The notes beneath the pieces are model-generated. The model saw nothing but the letters and a program-made list of their open reading frames with translations, did no database searches and was not told the origin of the DNA. From positions 32,001 to 96,000 of the forward strand of contig JBDTZG010000008.1 in assembly GCA_040005235.1 (NCBI GenBank): a stretch of 64,000 nucleotides of DNA, read 5' to 3'. This document shows positions 1 to 9,725 of this stretch, piece by piece (position 1 is the stretch's first letter; each line of letters opens with the position of its first letter). The stretch comes from Acidobacteriota bacterium. GTDB taxonomy: Bacteria; Acidobacteriota; Thermoanaerobaculia; Multivoradales; UBA5704. The translations under genes and the position numbers were made by a program.

Positions 1-93
1 TGACGATTGTGGTGGTGGACGTTCAAGGCTAGGAGCGTCGTTCGCCTTGAGATCGCGCTGGTATGCTTGGCCTCTCTTAATCGGAGGTGGCCC

Positions 94-1014
94 ATGGCCC
101 GACGCTCGCGGTTCGCGCTCTTCCTCGTTTCGCTCCTGGGTTTTACTCTTCTTCCTGCCTACGGTGCGGCCGCCGCGCCCAAGAAACCCGCGAAGCCCGC
201 GGCCAAGCCGGCGGCAAAGCCAAAGAAACCCACCGGTCCCTACTTCCGGCTCGACAAGGTGACCTCGACGTTTTCTCACTTCTGTGGGTTTCGGGCGGCG
301 GGCGACAAGACCGGGGAGGTCAAAACGCTCCTGGTCTTCTCCGACGTGCCGGTCGATTGCGCCGCGGCCGATGCCGAGTTCGATCCCGAGGGAGCGATCG
401 AGGTGCAGATCGACGGCCTAAAAGGGGCCTACGTCGAGCTGCATCTCGACCCGGATGGCAAACACGCGAACGGCAACTGGAAGTCCAACGAGCCGAACGA
501 CGGCTTCAGCTTCGGCGGCCAGGGCGAGCTGGTCTTCGCGCGGCGTGATGAGGCGCGGGTCGAAGGGCGCTACCGCACGCTGACGCCCGAGAGTTTCTTC
601 CAGCAGACGTTCGAATTCGACCTGCCGTTCGCGGTCGATCTCCTCGCCGGCTCGATGGCCGGCACCCCGTTGCCCAAGGGGGGCGGCGATCCGGGCAAGG
701 CTTACCTCGCCTATTTGAAAGCGGTCGACAAGAAAGATCCGGCGGGGCTCCAGAAGTACTCGTCCGCGGCGCGCGCCTCGGAGATCAAGCAGCAGATCGC
801 CGATGAGATCTTCGAAGGGATGTTCGACAGCGCGCGGACCCAGGAGCTCAAGACCGCAGCGGTCACCGGCGGTCTGATCCGCGGCAATCGCGCGAAGATC
901 GACGTCTCCGGGGTCAACTACGACGGGGACAAAGTGGGCGGCCAGATCTTCCTGCTGCAAGAAAACGGCACCTGGAAGGTCGATTCGAAAGCCATCGGCA
1001 TTCGTTTCGACTAG
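94..1014 (+). CDS. Secreted hypothetical protein with Lys/Pro/Ala-rich linker and possible C-terminal NTF2-like domain
   Basis: ATG at 94 preceded by GGAGG. Signal-peptide-like N-terminus (MARRSRFALFLVSLLG...AYG). PKKPAKPAAKP linker. C-terminal 'ENGTWKV' ending typical of NTF2-like folds. Confidence 0.65.
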   Translation: MARRSRFALFLVSLLGFTLLPAYGAAAAPKKPAKPAAKPAAKPKKPTGPYFRLDKVTSTFSHFCGFRAAGDKTGEVKTLLVFSDVPVDCAAADAEFDPEGAIEVQIDGLKGAYVELHLDPDGKHANGNWKSNEPNDGFSFGGQGELVFARRDEARVEGRYRTLTPESFFQQTFEFDLPFAVDLLAGSMAGTPLPKGGGDPGKAYLAYLKAVDKKDPAGLQKYSSAARASEIKQQIADEIFEGMFDSARTQELKTAAVTGGLIRGNRAKIDVSGVNYDGDKVGGQIFLLQENGTWKVDSKAIGIRFD

Positions 1015-1064
1015 GCACGGGCGCGGCCGGCGGCGGATCTCACCCGTACGCTACACTTCCGAGC

Positions 1065-1883
1065 ATGCCGGAGCCACCTGCCGCACCGTCCCCTTCGACC
1101 CCCGACGCCCAATGGGGCAAAGCGACGGCCGACCGCGAAGAGATCCATTTCCTCGCCGGGCCGCGCTCGCGCAGCTCGGAGCTTGCGCGGGTCTTCCGCA
1201 TCATGCTCGAGTTGATTCGCGGGCTTCGCGGTCTCCATTTCGTCGGCCCCTGCGTCACCGTGTTCGGCTCAGCTCGCTTTCCCGAGACGCACCCCTGGTA
1301 CGCGCTCGCCCGCGAGGTCGGTGCCCGGCTTGCGCAGGCGGGCTTTACGGTCATGACCGGCGGGGGACCGGGGATCATGGAGGCCGCGAACCGCGGCGCC
1401 AAAGACGTCCGCGGTCGGTCGATCGGCTGCAACATCGTCCTGCCGCGCGAGCAGCAGCCGAATCCCTATCTCGACCGGTTCCTTGAATTCCGCTACTTCT
1501 TCGTCCGCAAGGTCATGCTGGTCAAGTACTCGTACGCGTTCGTGGCGCTGCCGGGCGGCTTCGGCACGATGGACGAGATGTTCGAATGCCTGACTCTGAT
1601 CCAGACGGGCAAGATTCAAAACTTCCCCGTGGTGCTGATGGGGGTCGACTATTGGCGGCCGCTGATCGAATTCCTGCGCGACACGATGGTGCCCAAGGGG
1701 ACGATCGCGCCTGAGGATCTGGAGCGGGTGACGGTCACCGATTCAGTCGAGGAAGCGGTCGCCGAGATCGTCAAGGCGGGGACCGAGGAATTCGGCCTCG
1801 CCCCCGAGAAGAAGTCGCCGCGCCGCCGCTGGTTCTTGGGCGAGCGCCCCATCGAGGAGGCCGGGGCAGGATCGCTCGATTGA
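1065..1883 (+). CDS. LOG family (TIGR00730-type) nucleotide phosphoribohydrolase / Rossmann-fold protein
   Basis: Motifs VTVFGSAR, TGGGPGIMEAANRGA, YFFVRKVML and PGGFGTMDE. Confidence 0.92.
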   Translation: MPEPPAAPSPSTPDAQWGKATADREEIHFLAGPRSRSSELARVFRIMLELIRGLRGLHFVGPCVTVFGSARFPETHPWYALAREVGARLAQAGFTVMTGGGPGIMEAANRGAKDVRGRSIGCNIVLPREQQPNPYLDRFLEFRYFFVRKVMLVKYSYAFVALPGGFGTMDEMFECLTLIQTGKIQNFPVVLMGVDYWRPLIEFLRDTMVPKGTIAPEDLERVTVTDSVEEAVAEIVKAGTEEFGLAPEKKSPRRRWFLGERPIEEAGAGSLD

Positions 1884-1905
1884 GGTCCCGGCTACCGAGC
1901 TCCTT

Positions 1906-3234
1906 TTACAGCATCTTGCTCGCCAGGTTCGCCAGCTCCGACCGCTCGCCCTTGTCCAGATTGATGTGGGCGTAGAGCGACTGGCCTTTGATCCGGTCGA
2001 TCAGGTACGAGAGCCCGTTCGAATGCGCGTCCAAGTACGGCGTGTCGATCTGGTAGATGTCGCCGGTCAAGATGATCTTGGTGTTCTCGCCTGCGCGGGT
2101 GATGATCGTCTTCACCTCGTGGGGAGTGAGGTTCTGCGCCTCGTCGACGACGAAGATGACGTTCGAAAAGCTCCGCCCGCGGATGTAGGCGAGGGGGACC
2201 ACGTGAAGCTTCTCCTGCTCGACCAGCTCGTCCACCCGTTTGAAATCGCGCTCGCGCTCGCCGAACTGGTTCTTGATGATCCCCAGGTTGTCCCAGAGCG
2301 GCTGCATGTAGGGGTCGATCTTCGACTTGATGTCGCCCGGGAGGAATCCCAGGTCGCGGTTCGACAGCGGTACCACCGGCCGCGCGACGTAGATCTGGCG
2401 GAACTGGCGCCGCTGTTCGAGCGCGCCCGCCAGAGCGATCAAGGTCTTCCCCGTGCCGGCCGGGCCGCTGATCGTCACCAAGGGCACGTCGGGATTCAAG
2501 ACGGCGTGGAGCGCAAAGGTCTGCTCGGCGTTCCGCGGCGAAACGCCGTAGGCCTGGGTCTTATGGACCCGCTCCAGCCGGTCGGTCTTCGGGTTGTAGG
2601 TCGCGAGCGCCGAGTTCGAGCTGGACCGGAGGATGAAGTACTGGTGGGCGATGGGGGCATCGGACAGAACCTCGCGCGCCGGGAGCGAATCGGTCTGATA
2701 GAGCCGGTCGATCAGTCCCGAATCGCCGACCTCGATCTCCTGCTTGCCGGTGTAGAGGTGGGCGAGATCTTTGATCCGGACCGTCTCGTAATCCTCGGCT
2801 TCGAGGTTGAGCGCCCGGGCCTTCAATCGAAGGTTGATGTCCTTGCTGACCAGGATCACCCGCCGGCCCGGCTCGCTCTTCGAGAGGGCGAGAACCGTGT
2901 TCAAGATCCGATGATCGGCCTTGCGCGAGCCGAAGACCGCCCCCGCATCCACGTCGACATCCTCTTCAGTGATCACCCGGAAGCGCCCGCGCGAGGTGCC
3001 ATCAAGCGGAATCCAAGATTGGAGCAGGTTGTGCTCGGACAATCGGTCCAGCTCGCGGATGAACTCGCGCGCCTGAAGGTTCAGGACCGAGTTGCCCTTC
3101 TTGAAGCCGTCCAGCTCTTCGAGAACGGCGATCGGCAGCGCGACGTCGTGCTCCTGGAAGTTCTGGAGGGCGGTGAAATCGTAGAGGACGACGGAGGTAT
3201 CGAGAACGAAGATCTTGCGCGCGACGTCGGACAT
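1906..3234 (-). CDS. PhoH family ATPase with N-terminal PIN domain (PhoH2/YlaK type)
   Basis: PIN motifs VLDTSV, LEELD, ADHRIL and SKDINLR. Walker A GPAGTGKT. LGFLPG, YIRGRS and DEAQN motifs. ATG at 3234 chosen over the ORF-track start at 3270. Confidence 0.93.
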   Translation of the reverse strand: MSDVARKIFVLDTSVVLYDFTALQNFQEHDVALPIAVLEELDGFKKGNSVLNLQAREFIRELDRLSEHNLLQSWIPLDGTSRGRFRVITEEDVDVDAGAVFGSRKADHRILNTVLALSKSEPGRRVILVSKDINLRLKARALNLEAEDYETVRIKDLAHLYTGKQEIEVGDSGLIDRLYQTDSLPAREVLSDAPIAHQYFILRSSSNSALATYNPKTDRLERVHKTQAYGVSPRNAEQTFALHAVLNPDVPLVTISGPAGTGKTLIALAGALEQRRQFRQIYVARPVVPLSNRDLGFLPGDIKSKIDPYMQPLWDNLGIIKNQFGERERDFKRVDELVEQEKLHVVPLAYIRGRSFSNVIFVVDEAQNLTPHEVKTIITRAGENTKIILTGDIYQIDTPYLDAHSNGLSYLIDRIKGQSLYAHINLDKGERSELANLASKML

Positions 3235-3339
3235 GGGGTGAGGGGTTCCTCCAAAAAATACCGACCCCAAGGCTAACGCACGGCGATCGATCGGACCAGG
3301 GGGAGGGGCTTTCCGAACGCAGCCGACCTGGATGTGATT

Positions 3340-6300
3340 TCAGTTCGCACGGAATTCGCGCTGCCATCGCGAAGCGAGCGCCGCGCGAAGCGGCAGCGCG
3401 AGCGGCAGCAACATCCCGCCGAAAGGGAGCGCGGCGGTCGCCTGGAGGAACCCACCCGCGAGGCGTAGGGGAAGTGGGATCGAGCGGTCGAAGAGGTGCC
3501 CGGGGCGCCAGGGTCGCAGGAACCAGACCGCTCGAACGCGGTGGAGCGCGAGGTGCGCGAGGGGAGAAGCGAACGCCACGGCGACCAGAAGCACCGGGCC
3601 GGCACCGGGAGTCGTGAGAGGGCGGCCGAGCGGGATTAGGGCCGCGGCGAGGGCCAGGTAGAGGAAGAGCCAGCGGAAACGGCGGAGCCCCTCGGGTACG
3701 GGAGCGGATCCCAGGATCACCAGGAAACCGCCGACCGCAGCGAAGGCCAGCACCAAAGACAGGGTGATGACGAAGTCACGCATCCGGCCGGCGCCGGCGA
3801 TCGGGCCGAGGACGAGCCCGAACGCGGTCGCCGCCTGGGTGAGGAAGAGCGCGCGGGCCGCGCCGGGAAGGTCGTTCCGCTCCGTCACAGTGCCGCGTCC
3901 GAGCGCACGGGTCGCCCGCGCGGCGCCGAGGGCCGCGAGACCCGCGACGGCTCCACCGGCGGCCAGCGCCCAGAGGTCGAATCGACCCGCCGCGAGGAGG
4001 CGCAGCCCATCCCACTCGCGCAGGCGGAGGCCGGCTGCCAGCTCCAGGCGACCCGCAAGCCAGGAGACGAGGCCCGCGAGCGCGAGCGCATCGAACGCCG
4101 TAAGAAGGCACTTCCAGCGCAGGAACGAGAGCCTTCCCTTCTCAGCGCGGCTCTCGTGGGTCGGCGCGGAAGGTGAACGAGCGAGTGCCACTTCGAGCGG
4201 TTCATTGGTGTCCGAAGTCCGCCGCCCGTAGGCCGACCCAACGAGGGTCTCGCTTCGTCGCTCGGCGGGCAGGAAGATGCGCAGCACGACCGGCAAGATC
4301 GAAAACGGGGCCGGGAGGAGCACGAGCAGCGGAAAGAGGTCGCGCTCGCGGCGCGGGCCGGGCCGAGCCGGCTCGGTGGCGACTTTTTCAGCCAACTCTT
4401 GGCGCAAGAGGAGCGCCGCGCCGACATGCAGGGCGGCGAGCACTACGACCGCCACGGGGAACGGCGCCTGTACGGCGAGCCAGATCGAGAGCCCGATGAG
4501 CGGCAGCACCGAGAGCGCCGCGGCGACGGCGGGCACGCCGAGCCGCAGCCCCGAGTCGGAGCGCGGTGTTTGCCGCGCAGCGGCGCCGAGATCGAGCGGT
4601 GGGATCGCCGACATGCGACGCTCGACGAACCGGCGCCAGGCGGGGATCAGCACCAAGCCGAGGCCGGGGATCGCGGAAGCGATGCGGCGCGCGGCGATCC
4701 AGAGCCGAGGAAGCGTGCGCGGAAACGGCGTCTTGGCCTCGAGGTAGCCGTCGGCGATCCAGGCTTGGAGCGGCAAGAAGGCGAGCGAGGCGGCGCCGAG
4801 CAAGTTGGCGATCTGGGGCTCGATCGTGATCGGTGCGTAGCCGCGAGGCCAGAGCTGCGATTCGCCCACGAGACCGCCGACCAGGAGCAGCATCGAGCTG
4901 ACGAACGCCGAATCGCCGAGCTCGAAGTGACGCCAGGGGCCGCCGCCGCGCAGATCGATCCGCGCCCGGAAACGGCGTCGCGCGATCCGTTGGGCGCGCT
5001 CCTTCGTGCTCCCGGCCGATGGGGAAGCAACGTCGATCTCTCTCGGGAGTGCCTCGGCGCGGGCGCGCAGCAGGCGCCGGGCGAGGCGCGTCCTCCAACC
5101 GCGAGGCAGCAGCGCGAGGGCAGGAAGGGCCAGCCCGCCGAACGGCAGGGCGACCGCCGCGACCAGCGCCGCGATCGAGAGGCGGGTCGAGCGCGGCAGG
5201 TGCCGATCCGCCAGGTCGGCGAGGCGCACCGGTTTGAGGGCGTTGGAACCGAGGGTCGCGAGCAGCACCACGCGGGCGGCGAGCGCTTCAGGCAGCAGGG
5301 GAGGAAGGAGGTCCGACCGTGTCCTGGCGAGCAGAGCGATGCCGACCGCGAGCGCAAACCCGCCGATCATGCCGATCAAGAGCGTGCCGACTCTCAACCC
5401 ACCCCCTTCGGGATCGGGGAGGCGGAGGGTGTAGTCGAGTAGGGCGGTGAGCAGCAGGACCAGCGCTCCGAGCGCACCCGAGTAGACCGCGAGGGAAATC
5501 ATCGCGGGAACGGCGTGGCTCGCCCAAAGGGCTCCGCCTTCTAGACCGATGAGCGCGAGGCCCGGCGCCACCGAGAGCAGGATCGCACGCGGCAGGGCGC
5601 GGATCAGCGCTCCTCGCCGAGCCATCGGTCCCGCCTGGATGACGTCTTTCACCACGTACGCCGCCGCGACGGCCATCGAGAGGACGAGCCAGATTGCCAT
5701 CGCGAGGCGCGCCCCCTCGATCTCTCCGCTCTTGGCGAGCAGAGCGCCGACCGGCGCCGTCTCGAACGGCAGGAGCACCACGGCGATCCCGGTGTAGAGG
5801 TCGCGCCGCCGCTCGGCCCGGTTCGGTTCCAGCGGGATTGGAGCGGTGCGCCGCCGGTTCTGCCAGAGCGCGAAGACGAACGTCGTCTCCTCGCGCCCTT
5901 CCCGCGCGGCGAGCACCCAAGGCCCGAGGGCGGCGAGCGGCCAGGCGCCGGGCAAGAAGAAGGTGAACGGCAACGCCTGATGGAACGCGCGGCGGAGTCG
6001 GCTCGCTGGGAGGCTTGGAGCGTAGATCCAGGTGGAGACGAAGCCGGCGATCTGCAAGAGCACGTGCGCCGCCGTGGCGAACCGGGTGCCTGCAAGCCCC
6101 GCCGGGGGTGGTGCTGCGAGCGCTGCGAGCAGAGCGAGGAACGGCACGACCTGGCCAGCGACCGTCCAGGCGACGAGGAATCCCAAGTCAGTGCGCAGCC
6201 TCGCCAGCAGGCGGTCGAGGCGCACCAGCGGCGGTCCTCTGCGCGCTACCCCGAGATCGAGCCGCGGTATGCCTTCGTCGGTGTCGCGTCCGAGCCGGCG

Positions 6301-6681
6301 CCAGGCGGGCCAGGCGTGCAGGCCGACCACCGGCAGAGCGGCGAGGGCCGCCAGGAGCGCCCGCAAAACGACCGGCAACGCACGGGCACCTGGTGTACGT
6401 GCGGCGAGCGAGCGGTGCAAGACGATCGCGTTCGCAACGAGCAGCAGGGCGAGAACCGGCCGCCACGCGGGATCGAGGGCCAAGCGATCGACGGGAACGA
6501 ACGAGCTCTCCAGGCCCCCTCTCCTTTCTGCGAATCGCAGGAACAGCAGCCCGCCGAGGCAGGCGAGCCCGACCAGCCTGGCGAAATACGAATCGTCCCA
6601 GGCGTGCCAGCGGGAGGTGCCCTGGGCGGTCCACGGTCCAGCGTTGGGGGAGCGCCTCATGGCCAAGCTCATTGCGGTCAT
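3340..6681 (-). CDS. Large polytopic membrane protein with two-fold internal duplication, unknown function
   Basis: 1113 aa with many hydrophobic segments. The halves share PAWRR...IPxLDLG, ETxxxxxW/Y and ALPFGGxxLP. Start overlaps the upstream gene's stop at 6678-6681. Confidence 0.75.
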   Translation of the reverse strand: MTAMSLAMRRSPNAGPWTAQGTSRWHAWDDSYFARLVGLACLGGLLFLRFAERRGGLESSFVPVDRLALDPAWRPVLALLLVANAIVLHRSLAARTPGARALPVVLRALLAALAALPVVGLHAWPAWRRLGRDTDEGIPRLDLGVARRGPPLVRLDRLLARLRTDLGFLVAWTVAGQVVPFLALLAALAAPPPAGLAGTRFATAAHVLLQIAGFVSTWIYAPSLPASRLRRAFHQALPFTFFLPGAWPLAALGPWVLAAREGREETTFVFALWQNRRRTAPIPLEPNRAERRRDLYTGIAVVLLPFETAPVGALLAKSGEIEGARLAMAIWLVLSMAVAAAYVVKDVIQAGPMARRGALIRALPRAILLSVAPGLALIGLEGGALWASHAVPAMISLAVYSGALGALVLLLTALLDYTLRLPDPEGGGLRVGTLLIGMIGGFALAVGIALLARTRSDLLPPLLPEALAARVVLLATLGSNALKPVRLADLADRHLPRSTRLSIAALVAAVALPFGGLALPALALLPRGWRTRLARRLLRARAEALPREIDVASPSAGSTKERAQRIARRRFRARIDLRGGGPWRHFELGDSAFVSSMLLLVGGLVGESQLWPRGYAPITIEPQIANLLGAASLAFLPLQAWIADGYLEAKTPFPRTLPRLWIAARRIASAIPGLGLVLIPAWRRFVERRMSAIPPLDLGAAARQTPRSDSGLRLGVPAVAAALSVLPLIGLSIWLAVQAPFPVAVVVLAALHVGAALLLRQELAEKVATEPARPGPRRERDLFPLLVLLPAPFSILPVVLRIFLPAERRSETLVGSAYGRRTSDTNEPLEVALARSPSAPTHESRAEKGRLSFLRWKCLLTAFDALALAGLVSWLAGRLELAAGLRLREWDGLRLLAAGRFDLWALAAGGAVAGLAALGAARATRALGRGTVTERNDLPGAARALFLTQAATAFGLVLGPIAGAGRMRDFVITLSLVLAFAAVGGFLVILGSAPVPEGLRRFRWLFLYLALAAALIPLGRPLTTPGAGPVLLVAVAFASPLAHLALHRVRAVWFLRPWRPGHLFDRSIPLPLRLAGGFLQATAALPFGGMLLPLALPLRAALASRWQREFRAN

Positions 6682-9600
6682 GGCAGCGACGCCACGGCCG
6701 GGGCGGAAGGCAGGTGGAGCGCGCGGGCGAACGCTTCGCGCACGACCGGGATCTCGACGGCCGCCCTGGGATTCTCGTCGCCGAGCCGAGAGGGAAGATG
6801 GGCGTTGAGAAACCAGAGGAGCGCCACTACGGCAGCCGGCCGCTTACCCGTGCGGAACGCGTCGGCGAATCGGTGGGCGAGCGCCGGGCGGCTCACGGTC
6901 GAATCGGCGCGCCAGAGCCGGCGACGCAGCTCGGTGAGGCCTGGGTCGTCCGGTCGCGCGGCCCCTTCGCCGAGCCAAGCCCCCAAGGTTTCGAGCCACT
7001 CCGAATCGGCCGCGTCGAGGCTCGCCCACACCTGCGCTTCGGCTCGCGCCTCGCTCCCGGTGACCGCTTCGGCCAAGGCGTTCGGAAAGGCGCCGCCCTG
7101 CCACAGCCAACGCTCGCGAAGCAGGAGCCGGCAGGCGGCATCTCGTGGCTCGCCCGGCGGGCAGAGGCGGGCGAGGTCCACCGCGCGCTCCGGGCGGAGC
7201 GGCGCGAGGAGGATCAAGGTCGCCGGTTCGCCCAGAGCGTCGGTCGAGAGGGCGCGCTCGATCCATGAGGTCCGTTCGGCCGCGGTGGCCAGGCAGAGCT
7301 CGAGAATCTTCCGCTCGCGCTCGGAGCGCAATTCACCGAACCCGGATTCGAGCGCCTTGGGGAAGCCTCGCGGCGCCTCTCCCGGCAAGGTTCCAAGGCG
7401 CTCGACCGCGGCGGTGAGGATCGGTGCGAGCGTTGGCCATCCGGCGCGCAGCTCCTCTTTCGCCGGACAGACGCCGAGGCTCTCGGGCAGGAGCGCGAGG
7501 CTGGAAGCCACCCTTTCGTTCCTCCGGGTCCTGCCGCGCGCGTCGCTCCGAAGCGTCTCCGGCAGGTTCGCGAACAGGCGGGCGAGCGCGGCGCGACGAT
7601 CGGGCCAGGGCACCTCCGCCAGAGTGGCGAGCCGGCGCGCCGCCTCGTCGATCTCCAGGTCCGCCCGTGCAGGCTCGCCGGCCGAGCCCAGTGCCGCGAT
7701 CTCGGGTGTCGCGGCGGCGAGCGCGCGGTCCGAATCGAAGCGGAGCGCCGAGCGGAGCAGGCCGAGCGCCGTGCCGCGGTCGGCGGCCTCGCCATGGGCG
7801 GCCTGTTCGAACGCGATCGCGTGACGGGCGAGTGCGAGGAGCGCTGCCGCCCGACCGGGCCCCTGCAGGTCCATCAGATGCCGTGCCGCGATCTCCGGCG
7901 GGTCGAGCGGTAGCTCAGCGAGCGCCGCCAGCGTGCAGATTTCGCCGGTGAGCTCACCGTCTTCGGCGAGCGCTGCGTAGAGCGCCGCCGGCGCGAGGTC
8001 CTCGGTGGGGAACCGCTCGGGCGGCAGCGCGGCGATCCGTGCCAGAAGGAGTCGCCGACGGTCGACCATGCCGTCGCACACCGACCGGGCGCGCCCCATC
8101 CGTTCTTCCGCGTCCTGCGCCGTGGAAGCCCAGCGGCGGGCGAGTTGCTCGCGCAGCTCATCCTCTTCCTCCGGCAAGAGGAGCGGCGCGGCGAGCGCGA
8201 GGCCCCGGAGGTCGCCGCGGATCGCGCACAGGCGAACGGCGGTTTCGATCCTTATCTCCGCACGCAGGGCAAAGCCGGCTCCGGCGTGCGGTGCGACGGC
8301 CGAGGCGTAGGTTTCCGCCTGGGCGATCAACCGTTCGAGCAGCGGCTCGGCGGTGAGCGAGCGGGCGAAGTGCAGCAGATCGGCGGGTGTCCTGCCGGGG
8401 GCGAACGCCGCGCCGTCGAGCAGGCCCGCCGCGCGGCGCGGCAGATCGTTCGCCGCAAGGTCGAGGAAACGGCATACCGACTCGGGCGAGGCGAGGGCCG
8501 GCGCAAAACGACCGTCTTCGAGCCAGACGGCCACGGCCTCCAGCCGGCGCTTGCGCTCGGAGCAAGCCGGCCGCGCCGCAAGGGAGCGCAGCGCGGCGAG
8601 GAGGCGCTCCGGCGGCACTTCGAGCCGTTCGAAGGCGTCTTCCGCTGCGGCGATGCGCCGTTCGCTCGGCTCCACTTCAAGAGCCAGGGCCGTGAGCGCC
8701 GCCCGGGCACCTCGGGAGGGAGCCACGGAGGCCAGCCGGTCGATTTCGGCCGCCGGCAGGCAAGCGAGCAGATCGCGCGCCGAATCGACCCGCTCGGCGT
8801 CGGGAAAATCCGTCCCGTCCAGGCCGATCTCCTCACAGTGCGCGCGCGCCGAAGCGGCGTCTTGAACCGCACGGCCGGTGAGAAACTCGATCTCCAGCCG
8901 CCGCCCGGGTGCCTTCTCTCGGAGGAGCGACAGGATTGCACGCTCCTCGGAGCCGGAGATCTCGCCGAGCCGCCGTGCGAGGGCGGGCCGGTCGTCGTCC
9001 GCCGTTTTGGAGAACGCCCGCCAAAGCCCCTCGGCGGCCGGATCGCCCCGGTCGAGCCAGGCCTCGGCCAACTCGCGGCGGATCGCGCGAGAATCCTCGG
9101 CCGGCAGGCGCGCCAGCCAGGCGCTCCAACGCTCGCCGATCTCCGGGCCGGCACGGCGCGCGGCGCCGCGCAGGCGGCCGAGGGCCGCGGACCGGCCCGG
9201 ATCGCGCGGCGGCAGCTGGGTGCTCTCGACCGTCTCGCGCAGCACCGCGAGCGTGGGCTCGCGGAGGGTTTCGCTCGCCAGTCCCGACGCCACCGCGGCG
9301 AGCGCCTCGACCCGCTGCCAGGGATCGGGCAGCCGCTTGGAGGCATCGATTGCGAGATTCCCCCGGCCGCTCCGCGCGAGCGCCGCGAGCAGCTCCGGCT
9401 CCGCCAGGCCGTCGGCGAGGCCCGAGAGGTGGAGGGCGGTCGCGGCGAAGCGGAGGAAGCGAGGCCAATCGGCCGCCGTGATGGCGAGCGGCAGCGCGTG
9501 CTCCAGCAGGTCGAAGACGCTCGGCTCGAAGCCGCCGAACCGCTCCGCCTGGCGCGCTAGCTGGTCGGTCTCTTCGAGGAGCCGGAACAGCCGAGTGCGA

Positions 9601-9725
9601 TCGCCCGCCGCGGCGAGATGGGCGGCGAGATGGCGCAGCGAATAGTCGGCGCGGAAAGCTTCGAGGTCGGTCGTTTCGGCCTCGTCCGGGCTCTCGTCGG
9701 CCGATGGGGGTGGAGCGAGGCTCAT
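6678..9725 (-). CDS. Large alpha-helical (TPR/HEAT-like) protein beginning with a STAND post-winged-helix motif
   Basis: 1015 aa, Ala/Leu/Arg/Glu-rich. N-terminal DYSLRHLAAHLAAAGDRTRLFRLL. ATGA-type overlaps with both neighbours. Confidence 0.72.
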   Translation of the reverse strand: MSLAPPPSADESPDEAETTDLEAFRADYSLRHLAAHLAAAGDRTRLFRLLEETDQLARQAERFGGFEPSVFDLLEHALPLAITAADWPRFLRFAATALHLSGLADGLAEPELLAALARSGRGNLAIDASKRLPDPWQRVEALAAVASGLASETLREPTLAVLRETVESTQLPPRDPGRSAALGRLRGAARRAGPEIGERWSAWLARLPAEDSRAIRRELAEAWLDRGDPAAEGLWRAFSKTADDDRPALARRLGEISGSEERAILSLLREKAPGRRLEIEFLTGRAVQDAASARAHCEEIGLDGTDFPDAERVDSARDLLACLPAAEIDRLASVAPSRGARAALTALALEVEPSERRIAAAEDAFERLEVPPERLLAALRSLAARPACSERKRRLEAVAVWLEDGRFAPALASPESVCRFLDLAANDLPRRAAGLLDGAAFAPGRTPADLLHFARSLTAEPLLERLIAQAETYASAVAPHAGAGFALRAEIRIETAVRLCAIRGDLRGLALAAPLLLPEEEDELREQLARRWASTAQDAEERMGRARSVCDGMVDRRRLLLARIAALPPERFPTEDLAPAALYAALAEDGELTGEICTLAALAELPLDPPEIAARHLMDLQGPGRAAALLALARHAIAFEQAAHGEAADRGTALGLLRSALRFDSDRALAAATPEIAALGSAGEPARADLEIDEAARRLATLAEVPWPDRRAALARLFANLPETLRSDARGRTRRNERVASSLALLPESLGVCPAKEELRAGWPTLAPILTAAVERLGTLPGEAPRGFPKALESGFGELRSERERKILELCLATAAERTSWIERALSTDALGEPATLILLAPLRPERAVDLARLCPPGEPRDAACRLLLRERWLWQGGAFPNALAEAVTGSEARAEAQVWASLDAADSEWLETLGAWLGEGAARPDDPGLTELRRRLWRADSTVSRPALAHRFADAFRTGKRPAAVVALLWFLNAHLPSRLGDENPRAAVEIPVVREAFARALHLPSAPAVASLP

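Noticed and set aside
175-232. Short repeats AAGCCCGCG/AAGCCGGCG
   Set aside because: They simply encode a PAKPAAK low-complexity linker.
5980-7824. 614-aa plus-strand ORF and other long antisense ORFs (e.g. 1966-3276 alternative frame, 55979-57571, 58452-60038, 61764-63458)
   Set aside because: These are shadow ORFs expected in high-GC DNA. They overlap genes with clear motifs and carry no recognisable domains.
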